From positions 124,001-188,000 of IMG/VR virus record IMGVR_UViG_3300017917_002434: a stretch of 64,000 nt of DNA. One strand, given 5' to 3'. This document shows, piece by piece, positions 29,616 to 35,904 of the stretch. Both the position numbers and the translations under genes were made by a program. Position 1 is the stretch's first letter. The number at the start of each line of letters is the position of its first letter. The notes beneath the pieces are model-generated. The model had not been told where the DNA came from. It worked only from the letters and a program-made list of their open reading frames with translations, and made no database searches.

Positions 29616-29640
29616 TCTTTTACAACAAAAATAGTATAAT
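29612..29640 (+). promoter_or_regulatory. Sigma70-type early promoter for gp47-gp46
   Basis: TTGATC (29612-29617), exactly 17 nt, then TATAAT (29635-29640), 6 nt before the ATG at 29647. Confidence 0.7.
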
Positions 29641-29646
29641 AACACT

Positions 29647-30657
29647 ATGAATCTATTCAAAAAAGCAGCGTGTTTTACCGATATACATTTTGGTCTAAAG
29701 TCGGGCAGTAGAACCCATAATACCGATTGCGAGGATTTCGTTAAATGGTTTTGTGAGACTGCTCGAAACGAAGGTTGCGAAACTGCTATATTTCTAGGCG
29801 ACTGGCACCACAATCGTGCTACCACTGATGTTAGCACTATGAATTATACTGTTTCAAATTTAGAACGACTCAGCAAGAATTTTGAACGTGTATTTTTTAT
29901 ACTAGGTAATCATGATCTATTCTATAAAGATAAGAGAGAAATTAATTCTATAGAATTTATGAGATTGTTTCCTAACGTGGTGCCCATCCGTGATCCGTTT
30001 ACAGATGGCGATGTTACTATTCTGCCTTGGTTAGTCGGGGACGAATGGAAAGATGTTCCTAAAATTAAAAGTCGTTATGTGTTCGGTCATCTTGAATTAC
30101 CGAACTTTTACATGAATGCTATGGTACAGATGCCCGATCACGGCCAGTTACAAAGCACTCATTTTGTAAATCAAGAATATGTATTCAGCGGTCACTTTCA
30201 TAAACGACAGAATCATAGAAATATTACCTACATCGGTAATGCGTTTCCCCACAACTACGCCGATGCCGGAGACGATGATCGCGGAATGATGATCTTAGAG
30301 TGGGGCAAAGCTCCTGAATATAAAACTTGGCCGGGACAGCCTTTGTACAGAGTTTATAAACTTAGTCAGATTATCGACAATCCAGATACCCTGCTAAAAG
30401 AAAAAATGCACTGTAGGGTCACTATCGATCTGCCTATTACTTTTGAAGAAGCAAACTTTATCAAAGAACAGTTTATTCCTCAGTATAATCTCAGAGAGCT
30501 TATGCTGATCCCTGAAAAAGTAGAAGTAGAAAGCAATTCGGTTCCCATAGATATCAATTTTGAAAGTGTTGATACTATTGTTATGAACCAGATTGATGCT
30601 ATTGAAAGCGATTCCTACGACAAACGATTATTGCTGGACATCTATAGAGACTTATGA
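29647..30657 (+). CDS. gp47: Recombination endonuclease subunit (Mre11/SbcD-like)
   Basis: Metallophosphoesterase motifs TDIHFG, LGDWHH, GNHD, GHLE and GHFH. ATGA overlap with the ATPase gene. Confidence 0.92.
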   Translation: MNLFKKAACFTDIHFGLKSGSRTHNTDCEDFVKWFCETARNEGCETAIFLGDWHHNRATTDVSTMNYTVSNLERLSKNFERVFFILGNHDLFYKDKREINSIEFMRLFPNVVPIRDPFTDGDVTILPWLVGDEWKDVPKIKSRYVFGHLELPNFYMNAMVQMPDHGQLQSTHFVNQEYVFSGHFHKRQNHRNITYIGNAFPHNYADAGDDDRGMMILEWGKAPEYKTWPGQPLYRVYKLSQIIDNPDTLLKEKMHCRVTIDLPITFEEANFIKEQFIPQYNLRELMLIPEKVEVESNSVPIDINFESVDTIVMNQIDAIESDSYDKRLLLDIYRDL

Positions 30658-32432
30658 TCAAAATAAAAAATCTCACTGTAAAGAATTTTATGAGCGTGGG
30701 CAATCAAACCCAGGCGATAGACTTTGACCGTGGACAGTTAACCTTAGTACTTGGTGAAAATCTAGATCTAGGAGGTGATGACTCTGGTGCTCGCAATGGT
30801 ACAGGCAAAACTACAATCATTAACGGATTGAGCTACGCTATCTATGGTCAGGCACTGACTAACATTAAGCGTGATAATCTTATAAACAAGATTAATGGCA
30901 AAGGCATGTTAGTTACTGTTACTTTTGATAAAGACGGCACCGAGTACCACATTGAGCGTGGTCGTAAGCCTAATTTGCTGAAGTTTAGTGTCAACGGTCA
31001 GGAACAAGAACTTGACGATCTGGATGAAAGCCAGGGCGATTCAAGAGAAACACAAAAAGCCATCGAAGATATGTTTGGCCTAAGTCACGACATGTTTAAA
31101 CATATCGTAGCATTAAACACTTACACTGAGCCGTTTTTATCGATGAAGTCGGGTGATCAGAGATCTATCATCGAGCAGTTGCTTGGTATTACATTACTAT
31201 CTGAAAAAGCAGAAAATCTCAAAGAACAGATTAAGATAACCAAAGATTCGATTGCTACCGAAAACACTAGGATAGAAACGATCAAAGTTTCTAACGAAAA
31301 AATACAGCAAAGCATCGAAAGTCTAGAACGTAAATTAAAATTATGGGAAGATCAAAAAGAAAAAGCCTTAGAGAATTTAAGGAAAAGCATTGATGTTCTC
31401 AGTACCATCGATATCGATCAAGAAATAATCAACCAACGTGCCCTTGTCGAGTGGAATAAAAATAAGAAAGAACATGATAATCTAACTGCGATGATCGCTA
31501 AACAAATTACTGCGTTAGAAAAAGAACAAAAGACTCTAGACAAGCTAGAAAAAGAACTAATTTTATTAGCCGACCACAAATGCCATAGCTGCGGTCAGGA
31601 TCTACACGACGAGAAACATGAATCTATGGTCTCTGCTAAGTCTAAGCAGGTCGAAGACAGTGCGTCTGCTGTAGCTGAGCACCAGAAAGAGCTGGCTACT
31701 TTGAAAGAGGCATTAGCGTTACTGGGAGAATTAAATGCCTGTCCCCAGGTTACCTACGATAGTTTAGAAGAAGCACTGAATCATAAAAACACTCTTTCAG
31801 GTTTAGAAAAAGATATTACTATCAAAGAAGCAGAGACTAATCCTTATGCTGAACAAATTGAAGAACTAAAAAATACTGCCGTACAGGAAATCGACTGGGA
31901 GGCAGTCAATGAATTAACAAAACTTAAGGATCATCAAGAATTCCTTTACAAATTGTTAACAAATAAAGACAGTTTTGTACGCAAACGTATTATAGATCAG
32001 AACCTAGCGTTCTTAAATCAGCGGCTGACTTACTATCTCGACAAGATCGGTTTACCGCACATCGTAGAATTTCAAAATGATCTCACTGTGATCATTACAC
32101 AGCTCGGACAAGACCTAGATTTTGACAACTTATCAAGAGGTGAACGTAATAGACTTATACTTTCACTGTCATGGGCATTTCGAGATGTATGGGAAAATCT
32201 ATATCAACCTATTAATCTGCTGTTTATCGACGAGTTAGTAGATTCGGGCATGGATGCTAGTGGTGTTGAAAGTTCAATTGCTGTGTTAAAACGTATGACC
32301 AGAGAACGCAACAAAAATGTATTCTTGATTTCTCATAGAGATGATCTAACAAGTCGTGTAAATCATGTGTTAAAAGTTATCAAAGAGAATGGATTTACCA
32401 GCTACAGCAACGATGTGGAGATCGTAGCTTGA
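30654..32432 (+). CDS. gp46: Recombination ATPase subunit (Rad50/SbcC-like)
   Basis: Walker A GARNGTGKTT, coiled coil with CHSC zinc hook, signature LSRGE, Walker B LLFIDE, H-loop ISHR. Confidence 0.93.
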   Translation: MIKIKNLTVKNFMSVGNQTQAIDFDRGQLTLVLGENLDLGGDDSGARNGTGKTTIINGLSYAIYGQALTNIKRDNLINKINGKGMLVTVTFDKDGTEYHIERGRKPNLLKFSVNGQEQELDDLDESQGDSRETQKAIEDMFGLSHDMFKHIVALNTYTEPFLSMKSGDQRSIIEQLLGITLLSEKAENLKEQIKITKDSIATENTRIETIKVSNEKIQQSIESLERKLKLWEDQKEKALENLRKSIDVLSTIDIDQEIINQRALVEWNKNKKEHDNLTAMIAKQITALEKEQKTLDKLEKELILLADHKCHSCGQDLHDEKHESMVSAKSKQVEDSASAVAEHQKELATLKEALALLGELNACPQVTYDSLEEALNHKNTLSGLEKDITIKEAETNPYAEQIEELKNTAVQEIDWEAVNELTKLKDHQEFLYKLLTNKDSFVRKRIIDQNLAFLNQRLTYYLDKIGLPHIVEFQNDLTVIITQLGQDLDFDNLSRGERNRLILSLSWAFRDVWENLYQPINLLFIDELVDSGMDASGVESSIAVLKRMTRERNKNVFLISHRDDLTSRVNHVLKVIKENGFTSYSNDVEIVA

Positions 32433-32659
32433 CTACAGAAGCACACGATCGAATGATCAAAGCATTCCAAGAATATTTTAAATGGCAGGACCGCTTTGAA
32501 TACAAAGGATCCGACGAGGCAGGAATTAAGGCACGCTATTGGCTATCAGAAATACGCAACGAGGCAAGTTTAAGGCGAGTAGAAATACAAGAAAAAAGGC
32601 AACAACGGAAGCAAGCCAGAAAAGGCATGTTAGGCAGACCACCTAAAATAACTAAGTGA
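32429..32659 (+). CDS. Small basic protein, possibly histone H1-like (Hc1-type) DNA-binding
   Basis: 76 aa with a TTG start overlapping the gp46 stop. GSDEAGIKARYWLSEIRNEASLRRVEIQEKR and a K/R-rich tail resemble GxKAAxxRARKxL-type small phage proteins. Confidence 0.5.
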   Translation: MTTEAHDRMIKAFQEYFKWQDRFEYKGSDEAGIKARYWLSEIRNEASLRRVEIQEKRQQRKQARKGMLGRPPKITK

Positions 32660-33094
32660 GTGCTGTGGACATATCAAAATCAAATCATAGAAGAAATACC
32701 AGAAGGCTATATTGGCTTTGTTTATCTCATCACCAATCTTAAAACCGGACAGAAGTACATAGGCAAGAAACTAGCACAATTCAAACGTACTAAACCACCA
32801 CTCAAAGGCAAGAAACTTAAAAGAAGATCTGTAGTAGAAAGCGATTGGCGTGACTACTGGGGATCATCTGATAGGCTCAACGCAGACGTCCAAGCATTAG
32901 GTCCGGAAAACTTCACCAGAGAAATACTTTATCTTTGTAAATCCAAGGCAGAAATGTCATATCTAGAGGCTAGAGAGCAGTTTGAACGCAGAGTTTTAGA
33001 AACAGATGACTATTATAATGGTATTATAAACGTCAGAGTAGGCGGATCAAACATACTTAGACAGCGTCTAGAAGAACATAAAAAGGCAAAATAA
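32660..33094 (+). CDS. Minimal GIY-YIG nuclease-like protein
   Basis: GFVYLITNLKTGQKYIGKK fits GIY-x(10-11)-YIG, with conserved downstream YWGSS, REIL and YLEAREQF. GTG start immediately after the upstream TGA. Confidence 0.75.
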   Translation: MLWTYQNQIIEEIPEGYIGFVYLITNLKTGQKYIGKKLAQFKRTKPPLKGKKLKRRSVVESDWRDYWGSSDRLNADVQALGPENFTREILYLCKSKAEMSYLEAREQFERRVLETDDYYNGIINVRVGGSNILRQRLEEHKKAK

Positions 33095-33538
33095 TCGCCA
33101 AAAAAGCCCGCACCGGCGACTGTTATGGTGCCCAAAATCCGCGGTGATGTCACGCGGTAAGGATCCTAAATTGGCGAAGGATAATTACAGTACTATCCTT
33201 AACAGGACGATGATCGGATATGCCTTTAACCGGTTTACTGTACGAAAAATACATTTTTATAGGCTAAATGAGGGTTAATAACCCACGGTTAAAATAAGCG
33301 ATAGCAGGTTTATTTTAATCCGCCGTCAGGATAAGACGGAGCTCGAGGTACCGGCTGACCGCCTCTGTAATGCTCTACTGCTGTGTGACATGTTCGACTC
33401 GGATAATGTTCAAACTTTTGCCCGACCTGGGCAAAGTGTGACTGAACGATCTGGATAATAGTTAAAACTGCTTCGCAGTTAACTTTAAAAAAATGTGTCT
33501 GAGCGGTAGCGATAGACACGAGTGAGCTTTGCTCACTC
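33095..33538 (+). ncRNA. Candidate large structured non-coding element (RNA or ssDNA), family not recognised
   Basis: 444 nt with no convincing ORF and at least 10 stems, including long-range closing helices, G-U-containing stems and a possible pseudoknot. Starts at the base after the GIY-YIG stop. Confidence 0.6.
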
Positions 33539-33545
33539 CTAAATA

Positions 33546-33553
33546 TATAAATA
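33546..33553 (+). promoter_or_regulatory. T4 consensus late promoter TATAAATA
   Basis: Exact consensus 30 nt upstream of the ATG at 33583. A second TAAATA lies at 33540-33545. Confidence 0.75.
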
Positions 33554-33582
33554 ACTAGTATAAGTTCTTAGGAAACTTCTAA

Positions 33583-34725
33583 ATGAAAATCACTGATATA
33601 TTATCTCAAAAACAGCAGGTCGATGAAGCACCTGTTGGTATGTTGAAAAGAGCAGGTCTAGGTATTGCTTCTAAATTGGGCAGTACAAAAGCTAGTGGTG
33701 CTCTTGATATGGCCAAATATGCTAATGGTCTTAGAAAACAATTTGACTTTTATCTAGGACAAACAGATCAAAAGCCTAATTCTGATGCGTTAATAGCATT
33801 CTTAAAGACCAATGGGTTTCCTACAGCTGGTGCTGAAGCTGCGATCAAACAAGCAGGAGTTGAGGCGGGCATGGCAGGCACAGGCGAAATTGCTAAGTCG
33901 CTTGGAGCGGACAGAGTCGAACCAAATATGGATGAGCCTGGCAGCGACACCAATGCCGCTACCGGCAATCCAGAAACTCCTGCTGCTCCTGAAGCTGGTG
34001 CCGATCAGGCTGCTGATGAAAAACCAGCTGCTGGCGGTGCTTCACAGACACAACCTAATTTCAAACAAGGTAATTATCAAGAACCTACATACAGTATGTC
34101 AACAGGGTTTGACAAAGATACGATGAAGAATACTGATGAGCCATTAGCTCCTGGTGCTGTACAACAGAAACAGAAAAAGAAAAAAGAGAGTATTGGTGAG
34201 TTATCTCGTATTGCTGAATTAGCGGGTGTAAAATACACCCCTGTTCAAGAAGTAATGATCGACGAAGTAGAACTTAAGAACGCAACTGTAGATAAAATCA
34301 TCAAAGCCGCAGTTACAGATATTCTCAAATCAAACATGGGACAAAAACTTGATGCTGTCATCGGCGGTCAAGGTGCTTCAGCACAGTCAATCAGCCAAGC
34401 AGGTGGAGATGCTGGAGATGATCAAGGCGGTGGCGGAATTGGTTCTGCTTTTATGGGCGGCATTAAACGCGGTCTAGCAGGCGGTGATGCTGGTGCCGAA
34501 GGTGGAAAAGTCAAAGGTAATCTTAATTACGGTAAGTTATCTGAATTATTACCTGGTGTGGACCCTAACCAATTAAGAAAATCAATTACTAACTATATGA
34601 GTGGTAATTCTCTGACTAGAGAGCAGATGAGTGTGATGGCTACTGCCTTTGGTGAAATAGTTAAGATGGATCCAGCACAGACTACCAAAGCACTTCAGTT
34701 GTTGAAAGCTGTTCGTGCTGGTTAG
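33583..34725 (+). CDS. Late hypothetical protein, candidate internal head protein (380 aa, A/G/P-rich linkers)
   Basis: Has a late promoter, an N-terminus MKITDILSQKQQVDEAP, and an internal ELSRIAELAGV resembling the scaffold C-terminus IRKLAGL. Confidence 0.55.
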   Translation: MKITDILSQKQQVDEAPVGMLKRAGLGIASKLGSTKASGALDMAKYANGLRKQFDFYLGQTDQKPNSDALIAFLKTNGFPTAGAEAAIKQAGVEAGMAGTGEIAKSLGADRVEPNMDEPGSDTNAATGNPETPAAPEAGADQAADEKPAAGGASQTQPNFKQGNYQEPTYSMSTGFDKDTMKNTDEPLAPGAVQQKQKKKKESIGELSRIAELAGVKYTPVQEVMIDEVELKNATVDKIIKAAVTDILKSNMGQKLDAVIGGQGASAQSISQAGGDAGDDQGGGGIGSAFMGGIKRGLAGGDAGAEGGKVKGNLNYGKLSELLPGVDPNQLRKSITNYMSGNSLTREQMSVMATAFGEIVKMDPAQTTKALQLLKAVRAG

Positions 34726-34958
34726 AAGAACGGTAATCCAGAACTTTTAGTAATATCCATATTGTCCTTAACGATCTCAAGGACAAGTTCTCTTTCATCC
34801 CAACTAAGATTCATAGCTTCAGCGAACGATAATCCGCCCCGCATATACCAAACTGAACGCATAGCTTCTAGTTTGATCTGCCTTGCCTGATTATCAAGGG
34901 CTTTCGACTCGGCTAATACCTCGGGGATACTTAACGTCGAAAGCCGTTGCCGAAAAAA
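34722..34958 (-). CDS. -1 frame extension of the gp26-like tail chaperone (gp51-like / lambda gpT-like segment)
   Basis: Open -1 frame RQRLSTLSIPEVLAESKALDNQARQIKLEAMRSVWYMRGGLSFAEAMNLSWDERELV...GLPFF, entered at slippery T TTT TTC. The conserved LSxxEAxxLxxxER pattern of tail-chaperone extensions is present. Confidence 0.7.
   Translation of the reverse strand, partial: FFRQRLSTLSIPEVLAESKALDNQARQIKLEAMRSVWYMRGGLSFAEAMNLSWDERELVLEIVKDNMDITKSSGLPFF
34899..34958 (-). promoter_or_regulatory. Programmed -1 ribosomal frameshift signal
   Basis: Minus strand: T TTT TTC (34958-34952), a 6-nt spacer, then a perfect 10-bp stem GGCTTTCGAC (34945-34936) / GTCGAAAGCC (34908-34899). Confidence 0.75.
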
Positions 34959-35827
34959 TCCGATTGATCCATTGTCAGTTCTACATCCCATTCGTGCTCG
35001 CACTTTTGGCATTTAGTATGAAAACTGCTTAGATTACCGGTTTCTCTGGTTTTGCTCACTGCGATATTAATCTGTTCGAATACAGATTTTTCAGTTTTTT
35101 GTAAAAATTCTTTAATAAATGCTGGGTCTTCAGTCATACCCGCTGAACTTTCAATCCTAGTGATACAGTTAACAGCAGTGTCAATTGTTAGATCGGTAAG
35201 TTTGATAAAACTCTCTTGAAAGAGCCTTAATTTTTCTTGTTCGTTGATCGTATCATCATTGATAACTTGAAATATACGCTGATGTTCAAATGCCTTTAAG
35301 GCTGTTTTCGTGATTTCCTCGTAAGTCATAGGTCTGAGATATACTATCATCTCTGAACCGATTTCTACTTTAGTATCGAATTTAATCTGATTTAATCTGT
35401 CTAATACTGTGCGAAGATCTACCACAGCGTCATTGACATTTTCACATTTGGGACATCTAACAGAAACTTCCATCTCCTCACCATACGTAGCAATACGAAT
35501 CGCTGACAGCACGGCATCGACATCTAAGCTGGGAATTTTCCATGGATCTAAGATGTTTGGAATACAACTATTGATAACTTCTTTAGTTGCTACTCCGTTC
35601 ATCAATGCGTCGGGAGTCTTGAATAACAATTCATCTCTGGCCGTCATGGCGAACACAGGATATTCATTGTTAGGAGTTTTTTTCAATGCCCCTTCTGGAT
35701 AAAATTCACCTTTTGACGGCAGAGAAACATAGATCTTTGGTTGTCTAAAAAATGCCGACAGCGGATTAGTAGCTGCCGCAGGAGCATTTTGTTGAGACTG
35801 AAACTTGTTTGGATCAAAATCTGGCAT
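34931..35827 (-). CDS. gp26: Baseplate hub / tail assembly chaperone, gp26-like (298 aa; start corrected to MPDFDP at 35827)
   Basis: NPLSAFFRQPKIYVSLPSKG...MTARDELLFKTPDALMNG...DVDAVLSAIRIATYG, two CxxC pairs (CPKC, CQKC), ends DFF. RBS GGTGGA precedes 35827. The ORF-track start at 35911 lies upstream of the late promoter. Confidence 0.75.
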   Translation of the reverse strand: MPDFDPNKFQSQQNAPAAATNPLSAFFRQPKIYVSLPSKGEFYPEGALKKTPNNEYPVFAMTARDELLFKTPDALMNGVATKEVINSCIPNILDPWKIPSLDVDAVLSAIRIATYGEEMEVSVRCPKCENVNDAVVDLRTVLDRLNQIKFDTKVEIGSEMIVYLRPMTYEEITKTALKAFEHQRIFQVINDDTINEQEKLRLFQESFIKLTDLTIDTAVNCITRIESSAGMTEDPAFIKEFLQKTEKSVFEQINIAVSKTRETGNLSSFHTKCQKCEHEWDVELTMDQSDFFGNGFRR

Positions 35828-35838
35828 GTTTTTCCACC

Positions 35839-35846
35839 TATAAATA
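35839..35846 (+). promoter_or_regulatory. T4 consensus late promoter TATAAATA (tape-measure operon)
   Basis: Exact consensus, 58 nt upstream of the ATG at 35905. Confidence 0.7.
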
Positions 35847-35858
35847 AATGTAGCAAGA

Positions 35859-35866
35859 TATTTATA
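35859..35866 (-). promoter_or_regulatory. T4 consensus late promoter TATAAATA (gp26-like gene)
   Basis: The plus strand TATTTATA is an exact consensus on the minus strand, 31 nt upstream of the ATG at 35827. Confidence 0.7.
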
Positions 35867-35904
35867 TACGCAGATTTTCTGGTATTTTAATTCCGGACAC
35901 TTAA

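Noticed and set aside
33321-33339. CGCCGT-CAGGATAAGACGG resembles the 3' part of the guanidine-III (ykkC-III) riboswitch as I recall it
   Set aside because: The intervening P2 strand and the upstream CGGACGAGG element are missing, and no transporter gene follows. Probably coincidental; an Rfam scan would settle it.
33310-33519. 69-aa minus-strand ORF in the structured region
   Set aside because: No RBS or promoter, atypical composition, and fully overlapping dense stems.
32660-33538. Group I intron with a GIY-YIG homing endonuclease
   Set aside because: There is no interrupted host gene (the upstream ORF ends at TGA and the downstream ORF has its own promoter). I found no properly spaced P7 (GACUA/UAGUC) with P3/P8. 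The GACTG..TAGTT pair at 33440-33463 is only 14 nt apart.
34959-35012. Independent start (MPKVRAR or MGCRT) for the 96-aa ORF
   Set aside because: It is deep inside the gp26-like CDS with no clear RBS. The slippery site plus stem explains the downstream frame better.
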